In this document: positions 37,830-49,983 of the stretch, in pieces
Layout: the number at the start of each line of letters is the position of its first letter
Numbering within the stretch: the stretch's first letter is position 1
Virus record (IMG/VR): IMGVR_UViG_3300029705_000009
Strand: one strand, 5' to 3'
Origin: a virus
Taxonomy: Duplodnaviria; Caudoviricetes
DNA: 64,000 nt
Made by a program: the position numbers and the translations under genes
The notes under the pieces: generated by a model
What the model was told of the DNA's origin: nothing
Databases searched by the model: none
The model's input: the letters and a program-made list of their open reading frames with translations, nothing else

Positions 37830-39602
37830 ATGGCTTCTACAAAGAAAAAAACAGTTCAAGAGGTTTATAAAGAAAAATCAGAACGATTAATGGACGGTGT
37901 CGCTTATTGGGCATCTTTTTATCGTAAGAATCCGCAACGTTTTGTAAAAGAGTATTTAAATATTAGATTAAAATTATTCCAAAAGATTTTAATTTATATG
38001 ATGATGGTCAGTACAAACTTTATGTACATAGCGTCAAGAGGTTCCGGAAAAACTTGGTTAACTAGTTTATATTGTGTGGTACGATGTATTCTCTATCCGG
38101 GAAGTAAGATTTGTATAGCATCATCTGTAAAGGAACAAAGTTTGGAATGTATTACTAAAATCGTCGAAGATTTTATGAAAAATTATGGATGGGGATCAAG
38201 TAATCTTCGTGCAGAGATTGATAGCTATTCGACTAGTATTAATGGTGCATATGTAACTTTTAGAAATGGTAGCTGGATTAAGTGTGTTGTTGCTGGAGAT
38301 TCGGCACGTCACAACCGAGCTAACATTATAGTTGTGGACGAATTTAGAATGGTTAATCTTAATGTTATTAATACAGTATTAAGAAAATTCTTAACCGCTC
38401 CACGCACTCCTGGATATTTAGATAATCCAGAATATGCACATTTAGCAGAAAGAAACTGTGAAATGTATATGTCATCTGCTTGGTTTAAAAGCCATTGGAG
38501 TTATGACAAGTTAAAAGCTTATTTTGCTAATATGCTTGATGATACTAAGAGATACTTCTGCTGTGGTCTCCCATATCAGCTTGCAATCAAAGAGGGACTT
38601 CTTTCTAGAGAACAGGTTGAAGATGAAATGTCTGAAGCAGATTTCGATCCTACTTCTTTTAAAATGGAGATGGGTGCTGAATGGTATGGAGATACTGATG
38701 GTGCCTTCTTTAAATATGATGATATTTCTACTCGCAGAAAAATTAAGACTGCATTTTATCCTTTATCGGTATATAGGAATCATAATATAAGAATACCGGA
38801 ATTGGCAACCAATGAAAAGAGAATTCTTTCTGTTGACGTTGCTTTATTAGCTTCGAAAAAACATAACAATGACGCTGCATGTTTGATTATAAATTCTGCT
38901 ATTCCAACTGAAACAAATGAATATCTTAGTAATATCGTTTATGTTGAAACACATGAAGGATTGACTACTGATGAACTTGGAATAATTGTTATGCGATTAT
39001 TTTATCAATACAACTGCACTCATTTAGCGCTTGATACAAATGGTCAAGGTATTGGTGTGTATGACTTTATTATAAAAGATCAATATGATCCTGAATACGG
39101 TGTTACATATGATGCGTTGACATGTATGAATGATCAGAACATGGCAGATAGATGTAAGGTGAAAAATGCAAATAAAGTTGTGTGGTCAATTAAGGCAAAT
39201 GCAGATTTTAATACCAAAGCTGCTTTGGCGTTAAGAGCAGGTTTTCAAAATGGCAAGATTAATCTATTAATAACTGAATTTGACGCAGAAGAACTGATTA
39301 AAAAAATACGTGGTTTTTCTAAAATGTCCGGTGTTGAACAAGCAAAATTAAAAGTGCCTTATCTGCAAACATCGTTTATGGTAAATGAATTAATTAATTT
39401 AGACCATGAAGTTAAGGGTACAAATATAAAAATTAAAGAACGACCTGGAATGAGAAAGGATAGATTTTCAGCATTAGAATACAATTACATGCTTTGCCAA
39501 GAACTTATAATTAAAGAAAGACCCAAATCTCAAGTTAACAATCTTGCCTATATACTACCAATCAAACAAGCTAAGCGCAAATCATCTTTTTCCAAGATAT
39601 AA
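37830..39602 (+). CDS. terL: Terminase large subunit
   Basis: Walker A ASRGSGKT, Walker B IVVDEF, RNase H-like SVDVA...LDTNG.G.G and KDRFSA. Confidence 0.92.
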   Translation: MASTKKKTVQEVYKEKSERLMDGVAYWASFYRKNPQRFVKEYLNIRLKLFQKILIYMMMVSTNFMYIASRGSGKTWLTSLYCVVRCILYPGSKICIASSVKEQSLECITKIVEDFMKNYGWGSSNLRAEIDSYSTSINGAYVTFRNGSWIKCVVAGDSARHNRANIIVVDEFRMVNLNVINTVLRKFLTAPRTPGYLDNPEYAHLAERNCEMYMSSAWFKSHWSYDKLKAYFANMLDDTKRYFCCGLPYQLAIKEGLLSREQVEDEMSEADFDPTSFKMEMGAEWYGDTDGAFFKYDDISTRRKIKTAFYPLSVYRNHNIRIPELATNEKRILSVDVALLASKKHNNDAACLIINSAIPTETNEYLSNIVYVETHEGLTTDELGIIVMRLFYQYNCTHLALDTNGQGIGVYDFIIKDQYDPEYGVTYDALTCMNDQNMADRCKVKNANKVVWSIKANADFNTKAALALRAGFQNGKINLLITEFDAEELIKKIRGFSKMSGVEQAKLKVPYLQTSFMVNELINLDHEVKGTNIKIKERPGMRKDRFSALEYNYMLCQELIIKERPKSQVNNLAYILPIKQAKRKSSFSKI

Positions 39603-39658
39603 ATCAAATAAATTCAAAATAAGTAAAGATATAAAACATAATAAATTAAAAAGGAGGT

Positions 39659-41224
39659 GTGCCGATGGGAAGACCTAAAGGCAGTAAAAACAAACCAAAG
39701 GTGACAGAAAGCGCACCTTCTACTACGAACACAAGTTCAAATACAGTTGGACAACATACTGCTATTGAAATGAAAGAATGGTATGAAAAAAACAAAGAAG
39801 AAACTCAGAATGCGTTCAAGCAAATTAGGGATGTTTCAAAAACAGCTCGACAGACAACGTTAAATTCTTATAGTAAGGATAATGTGGTTTCTTACTTGCA
39901 AAATATTTCTTCTAATGAAAACAATCTTAGAAATTTGTCAAGGTATTTGTTTTATAGATCACAAGTTTATTTTAGACTGGTTATGTATAATGCAACAATG
40001 TTTGATTTAAACGCTCGTACTGTTATACCGCAATATGATCCAACTAAAAACAACAATGCCAAATCCACATTGAAGTCATATTACGAAACATTGCAATGGT
40101 TGGAAAGAATGAATCATCAACATGAATTCTTACCAGTTTTAATCAACAATTTTATTGAAGATGCATTTTTCGGATGTTGTTGGATTGATGAGACTGGAAT
40201 GTTTATATTACAGTTACCACCGGAATATTGCAAAATCAGTGGAAAGTATTTTACTGGTGATTTCTCATATTCTGTAGACATGTCATATTATAAGAAATAT
40301 GAGTATTTAATTGATTATTTAGGAGAGCCTTTGTCTTCTATGTATAAAGCATATGGTGGAGATAATGCAAAGAAATGGCAACCGATGCCAGATGAATATG
40401 CTTTATGTACAAAATATAGATTAGAGTCATGGGAAACAGTTTGTCCACCTTACAGCGGATTGTTTATAGATTTAATAGGATTATTAAATTTAGCAGATGT
40501 TCAGGCTGTTGCAGACGAGCAGCAAATTTATAAAATTATAACTGCTGAAATCCCTAGATTGGATGGTTCTAAGACTCCTGATGACTGGGCAGTAGATGTT
40601 AGTACAGCATTAGCATATTATAAGAGATTGGAAGAATCATTGCCTGATTATGTTGGCAGTGTTATTACTCCTATTCCATTGGACGTATTATCGTTTTCAG
40701 ATGATCAAACAACTGATACAACTAAAATTCAAAAGGCAACTAACGAGGTATTAAATACATCTGGTGGTGCACAAATTTTAAATTCTAGTACTATCTCTGG
40801 AGCAGAGGCATTTAGATCAGCAACTCGTGCAGACACAGAATTGGCAATATCTAGTTTGCTAGGACAAATAAATGGTTGGACAAATCGTATGTTATCTTAT
40901 TTAGTGTCTGCTCCTGCAAAAGTAAAATTCTTTGAAGTGTCTGCATATACCAAAGATGCTTTTAAGGAGTCATTGCAAAAAGATTTGAATTATGGTTTCG
41001 TCAGCGTATTGGCAATTAATTCATTGAATGGATTTAGCGAGCTTGACACGTTAGCATTGAATTTCTTAGAAAAAGATGTGTTACAGCTCAATGAAAAGTT
41101 TGTTCCATTAAAAACTGCATCAACTCAATCTGGTGAAACTACTGAAAATGGAGCACCAAAGAAATCTGACACAGAGATTAGTGACGAAGGTTCTGAGACA
41201 AAAGACAAAGAAAAGAATATTTGA
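39659..41224 (+). CDS. Portal protein (YonE-like)
   Basis: About 520 aa directly after terL. LRNLSRYLF pattern and C-terminal GAPKK tail. Confidence 0.8.
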   Translation: MPMGRPKGSKNKPKVTESAPSTTNTSSNTVGQHTAIEMKEWYEKNKEETQNAFKQIRDVSKTARQTTLNSYSKDNVVSYLQNISSNENNLRNLSRYLFYRSQVYFRLVMYNATMFDLNARTVIPQYDPTKNNNAKSTLKSYYETLQWLERMNHQHEFLPVLINNFIEDAFFGCCWIDETGMFILQLPPEYCKISGKYFTGDFSYSVDMSYYKKYEYLIDYLGEPLSSMYKAYGGDNAKKWQPMPDEYALCTKYRLESWETVCPPYSGLFIDLIGLLNLADVQAVADEQQIYKIITAEIPRLDGSKTPDDWAVDVSTALAYYKRLEESLPDYVGSVITPIPLDVLSFSDDQTTDTTKIQKATNEVLNTSGGAQILNSSTISGAEAFRSATRADTELAISSLLGQINGWTNRMLSYLVSAPAKVKFFEVSAYTKDAFKESLQKDLNYGFVSVLAINSLNGFSELDTLALNFLEKDVLQLNEKFVPLKTASTQSGETTENGAPKKSDTEISDEGSETKDKEKNI

Positions 41225-41291
41225 TAACATATTGCACAAGGGAGATTGTACTACTCTCTTTTTTTATTGGAATAAAAAGGATGAAAAGGAT

Positions 41292-41486
41292 ATGAAAAAA
41301 ATAAATAGTAACAATCAAGCTATGTTTATTAAGACACAAGATATAAACACTTGTGAAGAATTAAAACGTGCTGGATTTGATTTAATTGATTATACAGATA
41401 ATACATGGACATTCATGAACAAACCGGACTGTACTTTAGTATTTGAAGATAACAAAATAGTGTATAGTAACAAGTTGTGTATCTAA
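41292..41486 (+). CDS. Small hypothetical protein
   Basis: FIKTQD..T.EELK..GF pattern and AAGGA RBS. Confidence 0.65.
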   Translation: MKKINSNNQAMFIKTQDINTCEELKRAGFDLIDYTDNTWTFMNKPDCTLVFEDNKIVYSNKLCI

Positions 41487-41509
41487 ATGTAAAAATTATG
41501 AGGTGAAAT

Positions 41510-42418
41510 ATGTTTAGTATAACCAAAGCGGGAAACGACATAACCACCAGAAAAATTCGGGAATTTATAGCCGATGAAATTACTGATTTAGATAAATTGC
41601 CACGGAAAAATTTTCGAGGAACACAAAATACAAATGAGAGTTATTTAAATGACCCAGTTTCTGCAGGATCAACCTGTTTTATTCTTTCTACATCTGAAAC
41701 ATACATGTTGGGAAATGATGATATGTGGTATTTAGTTAAAACAACAGGAGGTTCTAGCGGAATGAATGGAAAGAATTGCACTATACAAAGCATTGTAGAA
41801 ACTGAAGAAGGTAATTTGGTTACTTTTGAATGGACGAATAATGATGGTACGGTTGAGACTGCCACAATGATTGTTGAAGACGGTGTTGATGGCAAAGATG
41901 GTTCTACGGGAAATCCTGGCACAGCAGCCGGTTTTGGTACACCAACTGTAACAATTGATTCCAATGTTGGAACTCCTAGTGTTACTATTACCTCGTCTGG
42001 AAGTAATACTTCGAAAGTATTTAATTTTGCATTTAAGAATTTGAAGGGCGAACCTGGACAGACTGGTGCTAAGGGCGATACTGGACCGCAAGGTATTCAA
42101 GGTGTAAAGGGTGATGCTTTTACATATACAGATTTTACAGAGGCGCAATTGTTAGCTCTTAAAGGCGAAAAAGGTGACCAAGGCATACAAGGTGTCAAAG
42201 GAGACACTGGTGCGAAAGGTGATAAAGGTGATACCGGAGAAACCGGTTCAGCTGGAAAAGATGGGGTCAACGGAACCAATGGAAAAAATGGTGTTGATGG
42301 TAAGTCCATTACTGCTATTGAATTTGTAAAAGATTCGACCGGTGCAATTATAAGTGGAACTGCTACATTAAGTGATGATAGCACGTTACCAATTACTATT
42401 ACAATTGCAAGTACATAA
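41510..42418 (+). CDS. Collagen-like (Gly-X-Y) repeat protein, putative head fibre or decoration
   Basis: GEPGQTGAKGDTGPQGIQGVKGD and GEKGDQGIQGVKGDTGAKGDKGDTGETG... runs. Confidence 0.8.
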   Translation: MFSITKAGNDITTRKIREFIADEITDLDKLPRKNFRGTQNTNESYLNDPVSAGSTCFILSTSETYMLGNDDMWYLVKTTGGSSGMNGKNCTIQSIVETEEGNLVTFEWTNNDGTVETATMIVEDGVDGKDGSTGNPGTAAGFGTPTVTIDSNVGTPSVTITSSGSNTSKVFNFAFKNLKGEPGQTGAKGDTGPQGIQGVKGDAFTYTDFTEAQLLALKGEKGDQGIQGVKGDTGAKGDKGDTGETGSAGKDGVNGTNGKNGVDGKSITAIEFVKDSTGAIISGTATLSDDSTLPITITIAST

Positions 42419-42515
42419 CACGTTAAATGATATAAACTCTCCTCTTCTATCGAGGGGAGTTTTATTATATACAAATTTGTTTTGAATCATGGGGGAAAGG
42501 AGGAAAAACGGATAA

Positions 42516-44192
42516 ATGGTAAAACGTAAACTTATGACGATTGATGATTTGGTTAAATTTTGTAGAGAACAAAACTTTACTAAATTTAGTTCCAAAGAAT
42601 CTGGATATAAATTGGCCGTACAAGTGCCTACTACATTTGAAATTGATGAAAATGTAGATGATGCCCATCGCGGTATGCTCAAATTAAAATTTAGAATATT
42701 TCATACTGGTCTTAATAGGAATGGAAGTTTTGTTTCTGAAATTGCTGCTAAAGATGCAATGCCCACAATAAAGAATCGACCAATCCTAGCTGCAATTCAT
42801 CAATTGGATAATGGCGAGTGGGATTTTGAATCTCATAATTTTGAAATAGTAAAAAATGAAGAAACTGGCGAAGAGGAAATCGTTTATATTGAAAAGCAAG
42901 TTGGCTCATTTGATGAATCTGAACCTTTCTTTGAATATGATGAAAAATTAGATAAAACATATGTATGTGGATATGGATATATTTCAGAGGACTATACAAA
43001 AGCAGCTGATATTATTCGACGCAAGAATGGAACAAAGAATTCTTGTGAGTTAAGTATCGAAGAACTTTCATTTAATGCAAAAGAATCCTATCTTTCTTTA
43101 GACAAGTTCTATGTTGCAGCTTCAACTTTGTTGGGTTCCAAAAAAGATGGCACAGAAATAGGTGAAGGAATGCTTGGTAGCCGTGCAGATATAGCTGATT
43201 TTAGCGAACAAAATAATAGCATGTTATCTAGAGATGACAAACTTGTTGAAGTATTGGAAAAGTTAAATACTACTCTTTCCAATTTTCATATAGATAATAA
43301 CCAAGGAAAGGAGGAAACTGAAGTGGACAAAGAAATTTTCGAACAAGTTACAGAGGAAGTTACTGAGACAACAGAAGAAGTTGTTGAAACTACCGAAGAA
43401 GTTTTTGAGGAAGTTGCAGAAGTTGTAGAATCTACAGAAGAAGTTGTAGAAGAAACAACAGAAGAATCCACAGAGGAAGTTATTGTGACCGAAGAAGAAT
43501 CTGAGGAAACTACAGAAGAGACTCCTGAAGTGGTTGTTGAAGAAGAAGTTGTAGAGTCTGAAAGCGAACAGTTTGCAGAGAAAATGATTAAATCATATGA
43601 AATTTCTCACGATGACATTCGTTGGGCACTTTATAATTTATTGTCTGTTTATGAAGATGCTGATAATGAGTGGTATTACATTTGTGCAGTATATGACACT
43701 TATTTTGTATATGAAAACTGGAATGGTGATAAAATTTACGGCCAGACATATACAAAAGATGGTGACAATGTAGCATTCGATGGCGATAGATACAATTTAC
43801 ATAGAGAACTTTTAACAGATTCTGAGTATGCTGAATTATGTTCTATGAGATCCAACTATGAAGCGTTAGTACAGTTTAAAGAAGATACTGAAAATGCTCA
43901 ACTTCATGCACAGAGAGAAGCTATTCTTTATGATGCAAAATATTCTGTTCTTGCAGAAAAAGATGAGAACAATGAATACAAAAATGTTTCATTCGTAAAA
44001 TTAGTATCCGAAATGGACAACTACTCTCTCACTGATTTAGAGAAAGAGTTAAAATCTGTATTCGCAGATTATATCACCAATGGTGGGCAGTTTGCTCATG
44101 TAGATGAAATTAAGCCTACCGTTAGTAAAAAGACTTTTGCTACTTCTACTAGCAAGAAAACAAGTAGATACGGCAATTTATTCAACAAATAG
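42516..44192 (+). CDS. Prohead protease/scaffold fusion (YonD-like)
   Basis: HTGLNRNGS and NSCEL motifs, Glu/Thr/Val low-complexity linker, helical C-terminus. Located between portal and capsid. Confidence 0.75.
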   Translation: MVKRKLMTIDDLVKFCREQNFTKFSSKESGYKLAVQVPTTFEIDENVDDAHRGMLKLKFRIFHTGLNRNGSFVSEIAAKDAMPTIKNRPILAAIHQLDNGEWDFESHNFEIVKNEETGEEEIVYIEKQVGSFDESEPFFEYDEKLDKTYVCGYGYISEDYTKAADIIRRKNGTKNSCELSIEELSFNAKESYLSLDKFYVAASTLLGSKKDGTEIGEGMLGSRADIADFSEQNNSMLSRDDKLVEVLEKLNTTLSNFHIDNNQGKEETEVDKEIFEQVTEEVTETTEEVVETTEEVFEEVAEVVESTEEVVEETTEESTEEVIVTEEESEETTEETPEVVVEEEVVESESEQFAEKMIKSYEISHDDIRWALYNLLSVYEDADNEWYYICAVYDTYFVYENWNGDKIYGQTYTKDGDNVAFDGDRYNLHRELLTDSEYAELCSMRSNYEALVQFKEDTENAQLHAQREAILYDAKYSVLAEKDENNEYKNVSFVKLVSEMDNYSLTDLEKELKSVFADYITNGGQFAHVDEIKPTVSKKTFATSTSKKTSRYGNLFNK

Positions 44193-44207
44193 GAACAAAT
44201 GTTATCG

Positions 44208-44237
44208 GAAGAACATCATGCCAGATGTTCTTTTTTA
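44208..44237 (+). terminator. Intrinsic terminator after the protease/scaffold gene
   Basis: AGAACATC-ATGCCA-GATGTTCT followed by a T-run. Confidence 0.7.
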
Positions 44238-44267
44238 ATGTAAAAAATGAAAATGGAGGAAAAAATA

Positions 44268-44753
44268 ATGGCTATTAGATTTAATATTGAAAAGCATCAT
44301 GTTTGTTTCCCTACAAAAGTTCTTTCTGGACAGGTAGGTAGAACATTAAACATGGTAATCAAAGAAGATACTGACAATGGTACTGTTGTAGGTAAAGGCG
44401 CATATGTAAGCTTTGATCAGTACGAGACAGCAGAAGTTCCCGCAACATTTGAGGGCGAAATTCTGGAACAGGCTGCTAACGGCAATTGGTATGTAGAGGT
44501 TAAGAAGGTTGACGTTAATGAGCCTGCAATTCTGATTTATGAAGTTCCCGTAATTGCTGAACAGAATTATGATTCTAGATTTAAGGCAATTTCTAACTTC
44601 TTCAATGAGGCTAGTGCTACAAGAACAAGAACTGTTAGAGGTTATGTTCTGAATGTAACTGATGTTTATGAATTAAGCGAAGACGCTTTTGAAGGCACAC
44701 CTGAAGCTGGTAAGAAAGTTACCATTTCTGGTCAGATGCACGTAGTTGCGTAA
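44268..44753 (+). CDS. Capsid decoration/cement protein (YonC-like)
   Basis: Size, DNGTVVG motif and position before the capsid gene. Confidence 0.6.
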   Translation: MAIRFNIEKHHVCFPTKVLSGQVGRTLNMVIKEDTDNGTVVGKGAYVSFDQYETAEVPATFEGEILEQAANGNWYVEVKKVDVNEPAILIYEVPVIAEQNYDSRFKAISNFFNEASATRTRTVRGYVLNVTDVYELSEDAFEGTPEAGKKVTISGQMHVVA

Positions 44754-44777
44754 TATTAAAGAAGGAGGAAAGTTATA

Positions 44778-45887
44778 ATGGGAAAGATGCATTTTAGTAA
44801 TAGAGTAATGGATGTATTCTCTGCTATGGGAACATCTTATGATGAAGTTAAGAATCTCATGTTCGACCTTTATAAGGGTGAACTGAGCGATGGCATTACA
44901 AAGGCTGAAGCTGAAAACAAAATTAGAGAAGTATCCTTAAAGATTTTTGGTTTAACCAAAGATTCTTCTAAGAGAGATCGTAAAAGAGCATATGAGGAGC
45001 ACGGTCGTCAGTTCTTTGATGTAATCGAGGAGATTACTGATTGGACAGTATCTACTGGTCTGAAGGAAAATGAGTGGTTTAACGTACTTGTAAATTATAG
45101 AAATCTGGCTGATGGTGATGAGAATCTGTTCTACAATGAGCATGAAGAAGTTATCCTTTCTGTAGCTAGAATGGGTAAGAGACATCATGATACCATGCTG
45201 CAGAGATTGCCTGAGGGTTCAACCTATTCTGTTGAGACCGATCTGTATGGTGCTGCTGTAGGTGCTGACATCGACAGATATCTGCTTGGTCACGAGGATT
45301 GGACAAAGCTGATCGATGCAATTACCAAGGCGTTTATTGTTAAGGTACAGGATCTGATTTTTGCAGAAATTCTTGCTGCTCCTGCAAAGCTGCCCGTTCA
45401 GACTGGTTTCGTTGAGGCAGGTGCTCTGGCAGAAGTAACCAGAAAGAAATTCAATAAGGTTCTTCAGAACGTATCTGTAGCAAATGATAATGCAGATGTT
45501 ATTATCATGGGTACCATGGTAGGTCTTCAGGAACTTGAAAATCTGGTTAAGGTAGATTGGATTGCAGCTTCTCAGAAGGAATCTGTGGCATCTATGGGTA
45601 GACTTGGTAACTACGGTCGTTATCAGCTTGTTGAAATCCCTCAGAGATTTGCAAAGAATGACGTTACCAAGGATATGTACGATGATAACGTTCTTTGGAT
45701 TTTTGCTGCTGGAGATGACAAGCTTGTTGACATGATCGACGTTGGTGAAACTCTGATTGATGAAATTACCGAGCGTGGCGAAGCTAATGGTCGTATTGAT
45801 GACATCATGAAGTATGAAGTTCAGAGAGAACTTGGTGTAGCTACTCGTATCGGACGTTACTTCGGCATGTGGACTATTACTGCGTAA
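44778..45887 (+). CDS. Major capsid protein (YonB-like)
   Basis: 369 aa, high-expression codon bias, GGAGG RBS, downstream terminator and synteny. Confidence 0.8.
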   Translation: MGKMHFSNRVMDVFSAMGTSYDEVKNLMFDLYKGELSDGITKAEAENKIREVSLKIFGLTKDSSKRDRKRAYEEHGRQFFDVIEEITDWTVSTGLKENEWFNVLVNYRNLADGDENLFYNEHEEVILSVARMGKRHHDTMLQRLPEGSTYSVETDLYGAAVGADIDRYLLGHEDWTKLIDAITKAFIVKVQDLIFAEILAAPAKLPVQTGFVEAGALAEVTRKKFNKVLQNVSVANDNADVIIMGTMVGLQELENLVKVDWIAASQKESVASMGRLGNYGRYQLVEIPQRFAKNDVTKDMYDDNVLWIFAAGDDKLVDMIDVGETLIDEITERGEANGRIDDIMKYEVQRELGVATRIGRYFGMWTITA

Positions 45888-45968
45888 TTTATAGAAACAA
45901 ATATATAAACATAACAAGGAGAGCATGAATGTGCTCTCCTGTTATTTATTGAGCAAAAGGAGAATTGT

Positions 45969-48900
45969 ATGGCAACAACTACTACAAAAAAGACTACAAC
46001 TGCACCTAAAAAGGTAGAAGTAGCAACTGAAGAAATTGTTGAAAAAGATATTGTAATGGAAGAAAAAGTTACTCCAGTAAAAGAAAAGAAGGTATTTACA
46101 GATTCTGATTATATTTTGTGTCGGTCTGTATGGTCTGGTGGTTTAAATGTAATTTCTCAGTCTGGTAATTTATACGAATTTGCAGATTATGGTTCAGAGT
46201 GTGAAATCAATCATAGAGATTTAATCACAATGATTAGACGAGGCTCAGAACATGTTTTTATGCCTAGATTTGTAATTCTTGATGAAGACTTTTTACAGGA
46301 TTTCCCGACAGTTCAGAGAGTATATGGAACGATGTATACCATGAATGATTTAAATGAAATTCTTGAATTGCCTGTATCTAGAATGAAGACCGAGATTATG
46401 AAACTGCCGAAATCTACTAAAGATAGTATGCGTAACTTGATTGCAACACAGATTGCAAATGGAAAGATTGATAGTATTTCTAAAGTTAGAGCACTTACAG
46501 AACTTTTTGATTCTGATTTTAATCTTCTTAGTGATTTATTTGTTAAGTAGTTCGGAGGTGTATTATGACCTACGAAGAAATATATTCTCAGTTTTATACT
46601 AAAATTGCAGACCCTACTTTTTTTAATAAATACACACAAGATGAAGCTTATGAATTGATGAGGGATTGGTTACATAGTATTGTTGGAATTCCCTATGTTC
46701 GTAAATGTTTCTCTTCTATTGCACTTGATGATGAAATATTAGAACTGACTTATAGTTTAGTAAATTCGATTGATGAAAATTCTGATGATTATTTTGTAAA
46801 AGATGTCTTTTCTCAGGGTCTTGTGATTTGTTGGATGCAACAGCAAGTTGACAAAATTGTAAATCTTGCTACCGTTATTGGAGGCAAAGACGAGAAAACA
46901 CTTCTTAATAATTATAAAAATAATATGGCTAGATTAGAAGAATTAAAAACTCAATTTAGAAAAACAATTCGTGATCATGGCTATATTTATAATGACTATG
47001 TAGGTGAATAATTATGAAGCATCTATATGGAGAATTTTCAGAAAATCAAATTGCACAAACTGCACAATCATTAAGGCGTTCTATTTTTTTCTTATTATTA
47101 TGCGTCGATCCAAAGACATCCTGGGAATATCCGGATGTTAATGTAAACAAATGTTTTAATGGTTTGTTATATAGGATTGGCGGTTTAAATAAGCTCTTAC
47201 TTGAAAGAATAGAGGTTGTTACAACTATGAGTCTTCTGCAAGCTGCATTAACGGAATTCAATAAACCTAATTTTGATTTTGGAGTTTATAGAAAGTTAAT
47301 TCTTGATGCGGGAGCAGAAATTGAAAAACTTCGAGAGGAGGAATAATTATGCCTACTTTTGAAGCTATGAAAAGAAAATACTCTCCTACTACAGTTGGAG
47401 AGCAAATAAAAGATATGGCTAATATGGTTATGGATGAGACTTTTTCAAATACAACAACCTATCGTAATGGTATGATTTATGATTGTAATATGAACGAAAT
47501 TAAAAATATGGAGTTCAGATTTATCAAAACAAAAACGTATACCATTGAAAAGGATCAGGTTGAGTATTGGGTACAGTTTAGACCAGGTGTGAATCCAGAA
47601 ATAGAATTTGACACTTCTAAGGATCAAAAACATAGACTTGGATATTACATTGACATATTAGATGATAATACAAAACTTTATGAGAAATGGCTTATTATTG
47701 GAAAAGACGTAAGCGAATTTGACAGATATAATGTTTTGAAATGTAATTGGTTGTTTGAGTGGCTTGATGAGAATCGAGTTTATAGAAAATGTTTAGGATG
47801 TGTAAGAGATCGTAATTCTTACAACAGTGGCGTATGGTCAGATGGATTCACTACTAGTGTAGAAAATCAGACTGCATTTATTGTTCCTACGAATGATATA
47901 ACAATGGCTATTGATTATGGCCAGAGGTTTATGATTACTGACAACACTATACATCCAAAAACATATGAAGTAACAAAAATGATGGACACCTTCCCGTTAG
48001 GTGTTACAAAAGTTATACTTAAACAATGTCATTACAATGAACATATTGATTTATGTGGTCCGGATGAAAATTTCTTTGGAGATGAAAATATTCATATGAT
48101 TTGTAATTATTTTCAGTCTAGTATTAGACCTTCTCCAAATAAACTTATCTCTCCTATTTCATGGACTTTATCAGAAGTTAATGACAAACTTTATGTTCAT
48201 GGACAGCCTCAAGTTATAAATGCTATTCCAAACGAGTATATAGAAACTGCAGAGCATTGTGAGTGGCACCTTTTTATTGATAATGAGGACTACACTAATA
48301 AGCTTGAGGAATTGGTTAATTACTTGGATCTTTCTCTTGATCAAGAAAACAACACTCTTACTATTGCTGCAATTAATAAGGATTTGGCAAATTATATTAT
48401 CTCAATTAAGATATATGATGAAGCTAGGTCTTATTTTGATTTTGTTGAAATGGAGGTATGTATTTAATGGCAATTATAGCAAAACAAAAAGAGCCTAAAT
48501 TGTCTCAAAACATGCAGGACGTTATCAACAAGAGTCACAGAGATGGTAATGGTGATTGTTACGATGACAATGAAAGATATAAGTATAAAATCATGAAAAT
48601 GTTAACTGAGAATCAGGATGTTTTATGGGCTTTACATAATGCTGAATTGGAAGAAAAATTCGCATTCAAAGATGACGAAGGTAATACAAAGTTAAATGGA
48701 GACGCTTACAGAAATGTAAGTGTTTTTAATTTTCTGAAGATTCCAGATATTCAAAGTAGGGTTAGAAACTATATTTGTTTTGAAGTTAATGACATTGAGC
48801 AACCACGCTATAATGATGCTTTAATTATAAAAAACATTATTTTTAGAACTGTTTCTCATGATGATGATTATAAAACTGATTGGGGAATGTCAAGACAAGA

Positions 48901-49904
48901 TTTGCTTGCATTGATTATTCAATCAGAATTTGACTGGACTAATGCTTTTGGAATGCATATTGAAAAGATATCTGACAAAGGCAGAATTGCAGAAAATGGT
49001 TATTATTACAGAGAATTCGTTTATGAAACAACTGTAGCAAATAACTTAGTAAATAAAATAAAAAATGGTGGAATGAGGGAAGATTATGGAGCATTTAGAA
49101 AATAATGTGAAAATAGAAAATCCCAATCAAATCCACAAAGAAAAATATGAATTCGATAGATTAAAAATGTATTTTGGCGAACCATATACTGTTAAATGTG
49201 ACATAGGAGAAATTCGAATTTTACAGCCAACCATTGGAGATATTTTAATGTTTGGAGAAAAGGAATTTTATTCTATGCTTAATATTTTCGTAGCAAATCC
49301 TACATCATATAGATTGCAGTTATGGGATATGGGTGTTGATTGGAACAAAATTTCTGATTATGAACTTTTTTGTATGCTCATTAGAGGTTTGAATAAACAG
49401 TCTACTGTTCTTCTGTTTGGAGATTTAGATTTTCAAACTTTTGGTTTATACAATAAAAAAATAGGAGAATCAGAATCAATAACATTATATAGCCAAGAAT
49501 ACGATATTGAATTATCAGAAGACACATACAAATGTATTGCAGAATATTTGCGTATGATGTTTAACATATATCCCAAAGTTGAAAAGGCTAAGGGAAAAGC
49601 TACTAAAGAAGCCATAATTGATGAAGATCGCATGAATCTAGAAATAGAAATGAGAAAAAATAAAAAAGGATCTAAATCAATGTTATTGCCTTTGGTGTCA
49701 TCATGTATCAATCATCCGGGATTTAAATACAAATTGAATGAACTTAGAGAAATGGGTGTTGTTCAATTTATGGATAGTGTTCAGAGATTGCAAGTATATG
49801 AAAGTACTGTTGCTCTGAATTCTGGAATGTATTCTGGGATGTGTGATTTATCTAAAGTAGACAAGAAATTGTTTAACTTTATGAGAGATATAGATGAAAG
49901 TTAA
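45969..49904 (+). other. Head-completion/neck/tail-completion genes: 45969..46550, 46565..47011 (adaptor-like), 47014..47346, 47349..48467 (head-closure-like), 48467..49105 (tail-terminator-like), 49086..49904
   Basis: Contiguous ORFs between capsid and tail tube. Assignments are by synteny only. Confidence 0.6.
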
Positions 49905-49983
49905 AAAGTTAATAAACACATTAATCAAGAAGAGTGAAAAACCACTCTTCTATTTTTATGTAATTTGAAAGGAGAATAAACAA

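Noticed and set aside
43310-43570. GAAGAAGTT-type tandem repeats as a separate repeat element
   Set aside because: Explained by the Glu/Val/Thr low-complexity linker of the protease-scaffold protein.
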